DNA of 64,000 bases from Clostridia bacterium (GCA_017453255.1 JAFTKN010000010.1:3497-67496); one strand, 5' to 3'; counted from the first letter of the stretch, positions 30,021 through 39,615 are shown. The notes: generated by a model not told the origin, from the letters alone. Numbers and translations are program-made.

Positions 30021-31096
30021 TACCAAAATTTGATGATATAACAAAAAATCCAACTTTTATTACAGATGATTTTGATGAACCTGTTCTTTACGCTCCTGCA
30101 AGAATTGAACTTGCTCGTCCATGTACATCATTAAAAATTATAACTGCCTTTACCGACTGTGAAAGAATATCTACACATATGATTCATCTTGCGGAAGGAA
30201 TTAAAAATAATAGATTTTCGAAAGGTCTTTCCGTCGAAATTTTGCTTGGCATGACTAAATCCAGTCTTTCACAGAAAAAACATGAAGACATTTGCCGTAT
30301 GATCGGTTTTTTGAATAGTTCTAAAGGTATGCCGAAAATTTCATGCAGATATATTTGTCAGGGTCCAGAGGTACATTCAAAAGTGTATATCTGGACAACT
30401 CCTGATAGCGAAGTTGGAGAAATACCATGGTTGGCTTTTTGTGGTTCTTTAAATTATACAATGAATGCTTTTTATAAGCGTAGAGAATCTGTAAGCATGT
30501 GCAATTCACTAGAGGCCTTTTTTTATTACAAGAAACTTCTTACCGATACCATTGATTGCTTTGACCCCGATGTGTCAGAAAAGTTGAAAAACGTAATAAA
30601 CAATACATCTGAGTCTTTTGTAGAACCGGATAATTCCGAAAAGGATTACCTTGTTTATGATGCGGAAACGCCGGTGGATATGCTGACTGTTTCTCTTTTG
30701 AGAGCTGACGGTAGCGATACAGGATACGGTTCTGGAATTAACTGGGGCATTAGAAAGAATGGCACGAAACGAGATCAAAATCAAGCATATATTCCTTACA
30801 ATCATCAAGATAAAAAAACAGGATTTTTCCCTGACAGAATAAATCCCGATGATGAAAATTGCCCTATGTTCAAGGTCATTACCAAAGATTTTGGGTCGTT
30901 CCACATGCGTATGGCTCAACAGGCAAACAAAGCATTACATAGTGTAGAGAGTAATGCAATCTTAGGCGAATGGATTAGAAAGAGAATAGGTGCACCATCT
31001 GGTGGATATGTAACAAAGCAGATGTTGGAACTTTATGGGAAGACATATGTTACATTCAGAAAATATGAGGATGGAACCTATCTTTTGGACTTTTAG
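30017..31096 (+). CDS. PLD-family (NgoFVII-like) restriction endonuclease
   Basis: VHSKVYIW...GSLNYT (HxK...GSxN); C-terminal GSGINWG...QAYIPY domain; overlaps the MTase stop. Confidence 0.75.
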   Translation: MIPKFDDITKNPTFITDDFDEPVLYAPARIELARPCTSLKIITAFTDCERISTHMIHLAEGIKNNRFSKGLSVEILLGMTKSSLSQKKHEDICRMIGFLNSSKGMPKISCRYICQGPEVHSKVYIWTTPDSEVGEIPWLAFCGSLNYTMNAFYKRRESVSMCNSLEAFFYYKKLLTDTIDCFDPDVSEKLKNVINNTSESFVEPDNSEKDYLVYDAETPVDMLTVSLLRADGSDTGYGSGINWGIRKNGTKRDQNQAYIPYNHQDKKTGFFPDRINPDDENCPMFKVITKDFGSFHMRMAQQANKALHSVESNAILGEWIRKRIGAPSGGYVTKQMLELYGKTYVTFRKYEDGTYLLDF

Positions 31097-31103
31097 AAAA
31101 ATT

Positions 31104-31517
31104 ATGATAAAAGAATTAATACACGATCCAATATTTTTGGCTCAAAAATCAGAAAATGCAACGATAGAGGACAAGCAGGTCGCAATTGACTTGCTTGATA
31201 CTCTTGTTGCACACAAGGATAGCTGTGTTGGAATGGCAGCCAATATGATAGGCATTAAAAAGCGAATAATTGCTATAGACAACAATGGTGAGTATATTGT
31301 AATGTACAACCCGGAAATCATCAAAAAAAGCGATCCATACAATACAGAAGAAGGATGCCTATCCCTTCTTGGTGGCCCACGCAAATGCAAACGATATAAA
31401 ATAATCAAGGTTCAATATCAAAACGAGCTATTCAAACAAAGAGTTAAAACATTCACTGGTTTGACAGCACAGATCATTCAGCATGAGTTGGATCATTGTA
31501 ATGGTGTGTTGATTTAA
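31104..31517 (+). CDS. def: Peptide deformylase (short form)
   Basis: GMAANMIG, EGCLS, QHELDH motifs. Confidence 0.88.
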   Translation: MIKELIHDPIFLAQKSENATIEDKQVAIDLLDTLVAHKDSCVGMAANMIGIKKRIIAIDNNGEYIVMYNPEIIKKSDPYNTEEGCLSLLGGPRKCKRYKIIKVQYQNELFKQRVKTFTGLTAQIIQHELDHCNGVLI

Positions 31518-31535
31518 CGAAAGGATAGTGGTGTT

Positions 31536-32447
31536 ATGGATAATGCTATTTTTTCATATTTAGTGGTTTTTAAGAGTGAAGAGCTGAACTATGAAGGACC
31601 CATCGCACTCTCTCCCACAGGAAACGGTACAATGCATTTATTCGACGAAGAAATGTATCCCACATTAGATGCTTTAGAATTTTTGCTACATATGCCAAGA
31701 AACATCTTTGATATGCATGATATCGATGAAAATTTAATGAATGCATCACATGATACATCTCACGATATTGTGCTCGTGCCGGATAAATTTATAGAAAAGC
31801 TCCCAAATATCAATGCGACTATGATCATATTAACTGATGATTGTCTAGAAGATATAAAAATGAGGTGTGAGAGGTTTACTCCTTTCCTCGGGGTTTATTA
31901 CTCTAGAGAGTTGAATGATGCATTGCTTAAGACTTTGTGGAACAATTTGCACGAGCAGTACAAGTTAAAAGGCTACTCCGTTGTTAGAAACATAGATACT
32001 CAATTAATTCTTCGTGATGAATATATTAAAGCGTTGCCAACGTTGTTTTTGAGTAGGCAATTTGGAGATGTTAATAATTTTTTGGTAAAAATTTATAATA
32101 GTGAAAATCTTGAGGATGCAATAATACAATCTCATTGGCACTGTTTATCACGATTAAACACATTGGTTTCATTAGGAAAACAGGGCGTTACTACTGCTGA
32201 AGAGCTCACTGAACAATATGAGGAACAGTACAAAAAGGAATTCAAAAGCCAGCGTGTAAATGTTGTGATTACATTTCCTGGTATTCCAAAGAGGCAGAAA
32301 ACTTTGGGGATGAATTTAGGACAATTGTCCGATAAAGAGCGCCGTATCATAAGAATTATAGGTGTACATAGAGCAATTGCTCGCAATGGGATACTGGCTG
32401 AACTTTCGATTGCTTCAGAAACACTTTTTCAAGAGTGGTGGGGTTAA
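31536..32447 (+). pseudogene. Hypothetical gene probably truncated by prophage insertion
   Basis: AT-rich ORF ends three codons after the composition switch (...LFQE-WWG*), inside the integrase 3' end. Confidence 0.6.
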
Positions 32448-33962
32448 AGTTTGAACACTTCCACCCGCGCCCGCGTGCGCGTTATTATTATCGCCGAGAG
32501 GGACGCCCGACGCCTCGTCGGTATCCTCTTTGCCGATAAACGCCGTTTCGCGTCCACCGCTTATATTGAAGTATAGCACGACGCGGTCGTCGTAAATATA
32601 CATCGCGTTGACGAGGTTGTCAATAATGCGTTTTTGAAATTCCTTGTCGTGGAGGTCGCCCCGTATAAACTCCGCCACAAACGCGATTATATCCTCGCGG
32701 CGAACTTGCAACCCGCGCTCTAACTCCAACTTCGCTTGATACTCGGTAAGGTCGTTAAGTTGTGCGGTCAACTCCACAATCTTTTTATCGAGCGTCTTTA
32801 CGACCTCGGGAGATACGCCCGATACCATAAGATTAACCGCGTTGTCAATCTCTTTTTGTATCCTCGTGCGCTCGACCGTTATGCGCTTTATCTCGCTTGT
32901 ATCGGTGCGGGACTCATAGTACGCAATAACATCGTCGGCAATAAGAGCGACGCGACGCGGGTCGGAAAGATACGCGACGGTTTGCTCGGTCGCATACCAC
33001 TCCAAAAAGTCTTTTTTCTCGTTGCGCTTGGTACAAGTGCGGCGTTTTTTCTTTGCTGTGCAAGCGTAATAATGGTAAACCGCGCCCGTCTTACTCGTGC
33101 CGCCGTCCGCGACCATATTTGCGCCACAATGACCGCAATATAATTTACCTTGTAAAAGGTAGGTTATCCGAGCGGAGTTTGCGCCCGAGAAGTATTTGTT
33201 TTGTTGTGCGCGACGTTGCACCTTGTCAAAAAGTGCCTTGTCGATAATTTGCGGGTAGGTATTGGCGCAGAGCCGCCCGCCAAACTCAAACGTACCCGTG
33301 TACTTCGGGTTGATTAGCATTTTATCGAAATCGCGCCCGCGCCACGGTTTACCGTGGTAACGCTCCCCGCGAGCATTTAACGCCTCGGCAATGTCCTTTT
33401 TTGGTACGCCGCTTGCATACTCCTCGAAAAAGTAACGGACGATAGCCGCCTCCGCCTCGTTTATAACGACGCGCTTGCCTTCCTTTTTATATCCATATAT
33501 AAGATGTCCGCCCGCAAACGTGCCGTTTGCAACCGACGTCGTCAAACCCTCGCGAACTCTCGTTGATAGGCGCGTCGAGTATTTCTCGGCGTTCCACTCC
33601 AAAAACATTTGGTAAAACTCGCCCTCCTCCGACTCCGAGATATTCTCGGTAGCGGACACGACGCGTATATTTTGTTGTTGCAACTGCCAACGGTACACGG
33701 TGGAGTAATAGCGGTTGCGCGCGAAACGGTCAATCATATAAACGATTACGTGCGTAAACGCGCCCGTCGCCGCGTCGTCAATCATTTTTTGGAATTGTGG
33801 GCGGTTGACGTCCGTACCTGTTTTGTGCTTGTCGATGTAGATATTAACGACGCGCAATTTGTGTTGTTGCGCGTACTCGGAGCAAACGCGGATTTGCCCC
33901 TCGATTGTTTGCTCGTTTTGCCCGTGGGAGGAATAACGGGCGTATATTACCGCGTTTTGCAT
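32415..33962 (-). CDS. Large serine recombinase (phage integrase)
   Basis: MQNAVIYARYSS, DRFARN, recombinase domain (GYK, NPKYTG), zinc ribbon LQGKLYCGHCG...YYAC...C, coiled coil; ATG overlaps the upstream TAA. Confidence 0.95.
   Translation of the reverse strand: MQNAVIYARYSSHGQNEQTIEGQIRVCSEYAQQHKLRVVNIYIDKHKTGTDVNRPQFQKMIDDAATGAFTHVIVYMIDRFARNRYYSTVYRWQLQQQNIRVVSATENISESEEGEFYQMFLEWNAEKYSTRLSTRVREGLTTSVANGTFAGGHLIYGYKKEGKRVVINEAEAAIVRYFFEEYASGVPKKDIAEALNARGERYHGKPWRGRDFDKMLINPKYTGTFEFGGRLCANTYPQIIDKALFDKVQRRAQQNKYFSGANSARITYLLQGKLYCGHCGANMVADGGTSKTGAVYHYYACTAKKKRRTCTKRNEKKDFLEWYATEQTVAYLSDPRRVALIADDVIAYYESRTDTSEIKRITVERTRIQKEIDNAVNLMVSGVSPEVVKTLDKKIVELTAQLNDLTEYQAKLELERGLQVRREDIIAFVAEFIRGDLHDKEFQKRIIDNLVNAMYIYDDRVVLYFNISGGRETAFIGKEDTDEASGVPLGDNNNAHAGAGGSVQTLTPPLLKKCF
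32416..32466. other. Putative attL junction
   Basis: Abrupt AT-rich to GC-rich switch; TTCAA...TTGAA inverted symmetry and a repeated AACACTT flanking ~32441; exact crossover not determinable without attR. Confidence 0.5.
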
Positions 33963-34612
33963 TATTCCACGCCCTCGATTGTAAAGTTGCAACCGAGGGT
34001 CTTTTTGTCGTCCTCGCCGCCTGTTATCTCTTGTATAATACCGTGGAAGGAGCAACCCTCGCCAAACTCACCGAGCAAGGACGCCGCGAGGTCTGCCCCG
34101 ACGTTTCCGAGTTGCTTGCCCGTACGCTCGTTTATAATCGCAATAGTGTCGGGATACTCGGGCGTCGGTGCGTGCTTGATAATAAGCGCGTCGCCCTCCT
34201 CGCTATCCCTCAAATACTCTTGACGTCCTCCAAAGGTAACGCCGCGAGCCTTTGAGTGTATCGGGAAGTCGATTGCGTTGTCGGTATCGCGCCCGCCAAC
34301 TATACGCACAGAAAAACCGCCGCTCATACTTGCGGCAATCTCCGCTCGTCTTTTTGCCTCCGCCTCGGCTTGCGCTTGGGCGGCTTTTTCTTTTTCCGCC
34401 TTTTTCTCCTTATCTCGCGCCCGAGCGGCGAACACGGTAAATACAATGCCGAGCGCAAGAAAAATAACCACCACAAACGCGAGTCCGTCCGACATTTCCG
34501 AGGACTCGCCGTTTATAGCAAGGTCAATAAAACACGTCAAAAGCAACGGTATCCACGACGCAACGGCAATCAACACGCGATATTTGTTTTGCAGATTATT
34601 AAACCATTTCAT
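33962..34612 (-). CDS. Membrane-anchored HIRAN-domain protein
   Basis: Two N-terminal TM segments, a charged linker, then SKARGVTF...LIIKHAPTPEYPDTIAII...QLGNVG (HIRAN-like). Confidence 0.7.
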   Translation of the reverse strand: MKWFNNLQNKYRVLIAVASWIPLLLTCFIDLAINGESSEMSDGLAFVVVIFLALGIVFTVFAARARDKEKKAEKEKAAQAQAEAEAKRRAEIAASMSGGFSVRIVGGRDTDNAIDFPIHSKARGVTFGGRQEYLRDSEEGDALIIKHAPTPEYPDTIAIINERTGKQLGNVGADLAASLLGEFGEGCSFHGIIQEITGGEDDKKTLGCNFTIEGVE

Positions 34613-34615
34613 ACA

Positions 34616-35023
34616 TCAACCCTCCGACATCTCGTTTTCGAGTTTGTACGCATACGTCAAAAGCGCGTTTTTGCGGCGAATATCGAGGCTCGCGCACACC
34701 TTCAGCAACTCGCCCTCAATCTCGGATACTTCGAGAGGGACGTTACCGTTTATTGTAACGGTGTTGTTGTGGTTGCGGTCGCCGAATATCCCTTGATTTA
34801 CTGTTTGAGAGGGAGAGGGCGCGTACTCCTTGCCTGTAACGAGGTAATCAACGGATACGCCGAAAAACTCGGCAATTTTTTCGAGGAGGTCGGCGGCGGG
34901 TGTTGTGCCTTTTGTTTTCCACGACGAAACGGTCGCTTGACGGATACCGAGAGCGGTTGACAATGCACCTTGCGACTTCTTTTGTTTTTGTAAAAGGTCA
35001 AAAATTCTTTCCGAAATGCTCAT
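34616..35023 (-). CDS. CI-like prophage repressor (XRE HTH)
   Basis: ISERIFDLL...SQGALSTALGIRQATVSSWK...IAEFFGVSVDYL; divergent from the Cro-like gene. Confidence 0.88.
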   Translation of the reverse strand: MSISERIFDLLQKQKKSQGALSTALGIRQATVSSWKTKGTTPAADLLEKIAEFFGVSVDYLVTGKEYAPSPSQTVNQGIFGDRNHNNTVTINGNVPLEVSEIEGELLKVCASLDIRRKNALLTYAYKLENEMSEG

Positions 35024-35082
35024 AAATTTACTCCTTGTTTATGTAAATGATAAAAAAAGCGAAAAAATATCCCTAAAACCTC

Positions 35083-35111
35083 TTGACAAACATAAACAAA
35101 TCGTATAAAAT
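35083..35111 (+). promoter_or_regulatory. Rightward (lytic) promoter
   Basis: TTGACA-17 bp-TAAAAT. Confidence 0.7.
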
Positions 35112-35207
35112 ATAAGCGTGGTTATAAATAAAGCGCAAAAACAACCACCCTCCGATTTATTGGCGAGCGTCAAGAATATTTTACGGTTTATATGAAGTGG
35201 CATTTGT

Positions 35208-35236
35208 ATTATACCAAAAATAATTACGCTTGTCAA
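35208..35236 (-). promoter_or_regulatory. Leftward (repressor) promoter
   Basis: TTGACA-17 bp-TATAAT on the minus strand. Confidence 0.75.
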
Positions 35237-35292
35237 TAACGGAGGTTATAAAAAGCGCAAAAATCAATCAAAAAATTACGGAGGTTAGTAAA

Positions 35293-35502
35293 ATGTTTGG
35301 CGAAAGATTAAGACAAGCACGCGAGGCGGCGGGAATGTCGCAAGAGGAAGTTGCCCGTGTCCTCGGTGTATCGCAAGCCGCATACTCGTACTTCGAGAAC
35401 GGCGAAAAAAACCCGTCCTTACCCGCCGCAAAGCGACTCGCGGTCGTTTTGCACACCTCGCTCGATTATCTTGTCGGCATTGAAAAGAAAAATACAAAAT
35501 AA
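35293..35502 (+). CDS. Cro-like HTH protein
   Basis: MFGERLRQAREAAGMSQEEVARVLGVSQAAYSYFENGEKNPS. Confidence 0.88.
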   Translation: MFGERLRQAREAAGMSQEEVARVLGVSQAAYSYFENGEKNPSLPAAKRLAVVLHTSLDYLVGIEKKNTK

Positions 35503-35518
35503 AGGAGGAAACCCGAAA

Positions 35519-35749
35519 ATGAACAAAGCAAGACGCAAAACAATCGACGAAATTGCGGCGCAGTTGTCCGCGATACGTGACCTCATAGAGGAGGTCAAAG
35601 ACGAGGAGAAGGAATACAAGGACAATATCCCCGAGAATATGCAGAGCGGCGAGCGATACGAAACCGCCGAAAACGCTTGCTCGGCACTCGAAGAAGCACT
35701 CGACAACATCGACAACGCCCTTGACAACCTCTCAACCGCTATGGAATAA
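35519..35749 (+). CDS. Phage hypothetical protein
   Basis: AAGGAGG RBS; MNKARRK...PENMQSGERYE. Confidence 0.75.
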   Translation: MNKARRKTIDEIAAQLSAIRDLIEEVKDEEKEYKDNIPENMQSGERYETAENACSALEEALDNIDNALDNLSTAME

Positions 35750-35763
35750 AGGAGGATTACGAA

Positions 35764-36015
35764 ATGCAAGCAACCAACCGCACCAAAACAAACCCCTTTA
35801 CGGCTTTTGGCACACCCGCAAAGGTATTTATCGACGGCAAACCCGTCGCAAACGAGCGTATCGCGGACGTACTCGACCACGTCGCCGCCGCTCCGAAATC
35901 AATCAAGGCGTTTACCGTATCGCGCATTAACGGCGTCGTAAAGGTTTATATCGCCCGCACCCGCAACGTCCTCCACCGCAAATTTATCGTGACGACGGAG
36001 GGGTTTAAGGTATGA
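35764..36015 (+). CDS. Phage hypothetical protein
   Basis: AAGGAGG RBS; coupled to the next gene. Confidence 0.65.
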   Translation: MQATNRTKTNPFTAFGTPAKVFIDGKPVANERIADVLDHVAAAPKSIKAFTVSRINGVVKVYIARTRNVLHRKFIVTTEGFKV

Positions 36016-36479
36016 CGGAAAACAAATTGACGATTTACTCGCGCTCTCCCTTGAAATACCGTTATCAAACAGAGGGACAAACGAGCCTTTTTAACGCTCC
36101 CGACACGTCCGCCGTACCTATTGAGGAATACGTCGGCGACGCCGCGGTCGGCGAATTGTGGAAAATCCGTTTTGACAGGCTCGACGACCTCGACAAAAAG
36201 ATTTGCGACGCGGTTTATCCGACGTTGTGCGACAAAGACCCCGCAAAACTCAAATCCCCCGAAATTATCGTCCGTATGGCGCGCCGCAAGATTGCTCGCG
36301 ATTTTGGTACAACTTGCCGACGTTGCGGCGGCTCGGGCAGTTACGCCCGCTCGGTCGCTTATACAGAGGTTGACGACGGCATTTGTCACCTTTGCCGCGG
36401 TTCGGGGCGGTCGTTGCCTCGACTCACCGATAAAAAACTCGCGGAAATTGCCGCGCATTACGCGGAGGTGGCAAAATGA
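36012..36479 (+). CDS. Phage protein with DnaJ-like CxxCxGxG zinc finger
   Basis: CRRCGGSG...CHLCRGSG. Confidence 0.7.
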   Translation: MTENKLTIYSRSPLKYRYQTEGQTSLFNAPDTSAVPIEEYVGDAAVGELWKIRFDRLDDLDKKICDAVYPTLCDKDPAKLKSPEIIVRMARRKIARDFGTTCRRCGGSGSYARSVAYTEVDDGICHLCRGSGRSLPRLTDKKLAEIAAHYAEVAK

Positions 36480-37189
36480 CAATCACTCAATACCGCGAAA
36501 ACTTGAACTTGCACGAGGATATATACCGTGCGAAACTCAAAACCGACAATCTCCCTCACAAAAAGGGAGATTGGGTTTTCGGCAACCTCGTAAAAATGGT
36601 TGACGGAGATACCGTATCAACTTACATCTATTATTACGGCGAGGTATTCGCAAAGACGGTCGGTCGTTGCGTTGGCTTGCCCGATTGCGACGGAGAGATT
36701 GCGTTTGACGGCGACATTATCTCGGATATGGACGGTTACGAGGTCGGTATTGTACGTTGGGACGACGACTCCGCGCGTTTTGTTCTTGACATCGACAACG
36801 TTATCGAAACGGCGGAGAGTCTTTACGCATACCGCATTATCGGAAACGTACACGATAACCCCGAATTGTTGGAGAGGGACGCGCCCGAGGTTGACTCGGA
36901 CGTCGCGCCGATACAAACCGTTTATATCCCCTCTTGTGATAATCACGAAGGGATACACGGCATACACGTCCGCCTTCGTTGGATATGTCCGAAATGCGGG
37001 AAACCCCGCGGCAAACCCGTCGGCGGTTTATCGTATGACGGCTCGCAATATTTGAGCGTGCATAAATGGACTAACCCGTGCGGACACGTTGACAAGTACG
37101 CCGATGTGCGCCACGAGGCAGTTGCAAACGGACTCAACATTGTTACCGAGGTTATCCCGTCCGACCACGGAGAGGGAGGCGACGTATGA
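36476..37189 (+). CDS. YopX-family protein with a C-terminal Zn-binding extension
   Basis: WVFGNL...TVGRCVGLPDCDGEIAFDGDII...IIGNVHDNPELL; then WICPKCG...CGH. Confidence 0.75.
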   Translation: MTITQYRENLNLHEDIYRAKLKTDNLPHKKGDWVFGNLVKMVDGDTVSTYIYYYGEVFAKTVGRCVGLPDCDGEIAFDGDIISDMDGYEVGIVRWDDDSARFVLDIDNVIETAESLYAYRIIGNVHDNPELLERDAPEVDSDVAPIQTVYIPSCDNHEGIHGIHVRLRWICPKCGKPRGKPVGGLSYDGSQYLSVHKWTNPCGHVDKYADVRHEAVANGLNIVTEVIPSDHGEGGDV

Positions 37190-37386
37190 GCAAACCGAAA
37201 TTTGCAAACGAATACACCGCCCTGCAACGTGAGATTATAAACGACCTCGCCCGTATCGAGCAAGAGGACGCGGACAGATGTGCCGCGTGCGGCGGCGAGG
37301 ATTGCGTTTGTTGCGAGTATTACCACGATAGGCAAAAATGGAAATCCCCCGACGCTCTTTTTGCCGAGGACGGAGGCATTGTATGA
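37186..37386 (+). CDS. Small Cys-rich phage protein
   Basis: CAACGGEDCVCC; coupled starts. Confidence 0.6.
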   Translation: MSKPKFANEYTALQREIINDLARIEQEDADRCAACGGEDCVCCEYYHDRQKWKSPDALFAEDGGIV

Positions 37387-37592
37387 CCGTTGACGAACTG
37401 AAGGAGGCGTGGCGCACCCGCGCGCCCGTCAAACATCGCGATATTGAGTATCGCCGTATTACCGCGCTTATCTATCGGAGGGACGACAAAAACGAGCCGT
37501 TTTTGCAAGTCGAACTTCTCGACAAAAACACAAATAGCGTCGTTATCGCCGCCCCGCGAGAAGTACACCCGTTGCAAGGAGGCGACAAATGA
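37383..37592 (+). CDS. Phage hypothetical protein
   Basis: GGAGG RBS; ATGA overlap. Confidence 0.6.
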   Translation: MTVDELKEAWRTRAPVKHRDIEYRRITALIYRRDDKNEPFLQVELLDKNTNSVVIAAPREVHPLQGGDK

Positions 37593-38551
37593 AAATAGGA
37601 CTATACGACGCCGACTCGCACAATTTCCCAAACCTCCCGTTAATGAAAATATCGGCATATCACAAGGCACGCGGCGACGATGTGGAGTTTGTATGTCCGA
37701 TTTTTCCGTATGACCGTATTTATGTTAGTCGCATTTTTGGCGACGAGTACACGACAATACAAAATCTTTGCTTGCAATCCTCGGAGGTAATATATGGCGG
37801 GACGGGATACGCAATATCCGTCGAAAACGGAAAAGAGGTTTATAAAAAGACCCTCGACGCCGACCTCCCGCCCGAAATCGAACATACATACCCCGACTAT
37901 TCTTTGTATCCCGAGTTGACAAAAGATACCGCATACGGCTTTTTGACGAGAGGGTGTCCGAATAATTGCGGGTATTGTATCGTTACTCAAAAAGAGGGGC
38001 GCGAGTCCCACAAAGTCGCCGATTTATCGGAATTTTGGAGAGGGCAAAAATACATTAAACTTCTCGACCCGAATTTGCTTGCGTGCAAAGATAAACGGGA
38101 ATTATTGCAACAACTTATTGATAGCCGCGCCCGCGTTGATTTTACGCAAGGACTCGACGCGCGGTTTATCACGGAGGAAATTGCAACAATGCTCAAATCC
38201 ATAAAGACCGAACGCGTACACTTCGCCTTCGATTTAATGAAAAACGAAAAGGCAATCGTCCGAGGACTCAAAACGTACAAGCGTATATGCAATCTCCCCG
38301 ACAATAAGGCGTTTGTTTATATGCTTACGAATTACGACACGACGATTGAGGAGGATTTGTACCGTATCCGCACAATACAAGAGTGCGGGTATAAACCCGA
38401 TGTGCGAATATATCGCAAGCCGACCGCGCCGCAAGTATTAAAGGACTTGCAACGTTGGTGTAATAACCGATTGCTTTATACCTCGTGCAAGTTTATGGAC
38501 TATGTACCGCGCAAGGACGGCAAAACCATACGAGAATTATATTTTTCATAA
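37589..38551 (+). CDS. Phage radical SAM (Fe-S) protein
   Basis: RGCPNNCGYC (CxxxCxxC); N-terminal FPNLPLMKISAYHK; DFTQGLDAR. Confidence 0.85.
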   Translation: MKIGLYDADSHNFPNLPLMKISAYHKARGDDVEFVCPIFPYDRIYVSRIFGDEYTTIQNLCLQSSEVIYGGTGYAISVENGKEVYKKTLDADLPPEIEHTYPDYSLYPELTKDTAYGFLTRGCPNNCGYCIVTQKEGRESHKVADLSEFWRGQKYIKLLDPNLLACKDKRELLQQLIDSRARVDFTQGLDARFITEEIATMLKSIKTERVHFAFDLMKNEKAIVRGLKTYKRICNLPDNKAFVYMLTNYDTTIEEDLYRIRTIQECGYKPDVRIYRKPTAPQVLKDLQRWCNNRLLYTSCKFMDYVPRKDGKTIRELYFS

Positions 38552-38563
38552 GGAGTAATCACA

Positions 38564-38920
38564 ATGGCAGAAACAACAAACCAAACCCGAAAATTATACG
38601 GTTTTGATACGTGGCACTTGGGAAAAATCACCGAGTACGACGTCGTAAAGGAAACCGCAAAAACCTACGTTGTGGCAAGGACGGGCGAGCCGTCTTTTAA
38701 CGGACATCGCCACACAAACACCGTCCGCAAAGCCGAAATGTCTTTTTATGATACAAGGCTCGCCACCTCCCGCACGGCGGCGGTCGAAATGCTCAAAGAA
38801 TATTTACGCAAACGTATCGCGCGCAACAACGACAAGGCAAAATCCCTTATTGCGGACTCCGACGAGTGCGCCGCATTGTTAAAGAAATACGAGGAGGGCG
38901 GAGAAAATGGGACGAAGTAA
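38564..38920 (+). CDS. Phage hypothetical protein
   Basis: AAGGAG RBS; ORF track. Confidence 0.65.
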   Translation: MAETTNQTRKLYGFDTWHLGKITEYDVVKETAKTYVVARTGEPSFNGHRHTNTVRKAEMSFYDTRLATSRTAAVEMLKEYLRKRIARNNDKAKSLIADSDECAALLKKYEEGGENGTK

Positions 38921-39173
38921 GTGCGGATTTAGAAAAACCAAAGACGGTTTTGAGTATTGGGGCGACCTCTCCGAGTGCGTCGAAAAAGCAAAAGAAAAAA
39001 TAAGACGCCTCGAAACAGAGAGCGGCTATATACTCCGTCGTTTCACAGAGGAGGAAAAACGCAAAAACTCACACTTTGCGGCAATCGCGGTCGCAAAACG
39101 TTTTGTCGAGGTCGTGGAAAGACAAAACATTGATAAAAAACTCGGAGTTACGGAGGACTCAAACAATGATTGA
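38907..39173 (+). CDS. Phage hypothetical protein
   Basis: GGAGG RBS; overlaps its neighbours. Confidence 0.6.
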   Translation: MGRSKCGFRKTKDGFEYWGDLSECVEKAKEKIRRLETESGYILRRFTEEEKRKNSHFAAIAVAKRFVEVVERQNIDKKLGVTEDSNND

Positions 39174-39615
39174 TAAAGAAAACACCCTCAACGAGAGGGA
39201 CGCCGACGGTATGTTGCCGTTTTACCCGACTTGTCGCTTTTGTGGAAGTGCGGAGTTGCCTGTCGGAGATTACGAGAGTCAAGAGGAGGCAAACGAGGCG
39301 GCGACGATACGTTGCAAGTGTTACGAGGCGCGCCGTTATCAAGAGGAGTTGGAGAAAAAGCGCGAGCGCGAAAAGAACATCGTCAAGTTGCGCCAAAAAC
39401 TCGACGACTTCTCGACGTATTGCGAGGGTCGCGGCGTCAACCTCGAAGGCGACCTTTACGACACCATTTTCAACGCGGGCGTTGCCGTCCTCGACGGCGT
39501 CGTGTTGACGGTATCATTTAAGTTTGCACGTATGAAGGTTGCAATCTCCGCAAATAGCAAGGGTACGTTGATTATCGCCTTTACATACTCGGACGGTGCG
39601 AAGGTGGAGGTGTGA
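39166..39615 (+). CDS. Phage hypothetical protein (CxxC...CxC)
   Basis: CRFCG...RCKC; GGAGG RBS. Confidence 0.65.
   Translation: MIDKENTLNERDADGMLPFYPTCRFCGSAELPVGDYESQEEANEAATIRCKCYEARRYQEELEKKREREKNIVKLRQKLDDFSTYCEGRGVNLEGDLYDTIFNAGVAVLDGVVLTVSFKFARMKVAISANSKGTLIIAFTYSDGAKVEV

Noticed and set aside
28722-31096. Assigning GCSGC specificity and phage avoidance of it
   Set aside because: Specificity cannot be read from the sequence alone, and GCGGC/GCCGC are abundant in the prophage.
32415-34055. Integrase start as given by the ORF track (34055)
   Set aside because: The extra 31 codons overlap the HIRAN gene; the conserved start MQNAVIYARYSS begins at 33962.
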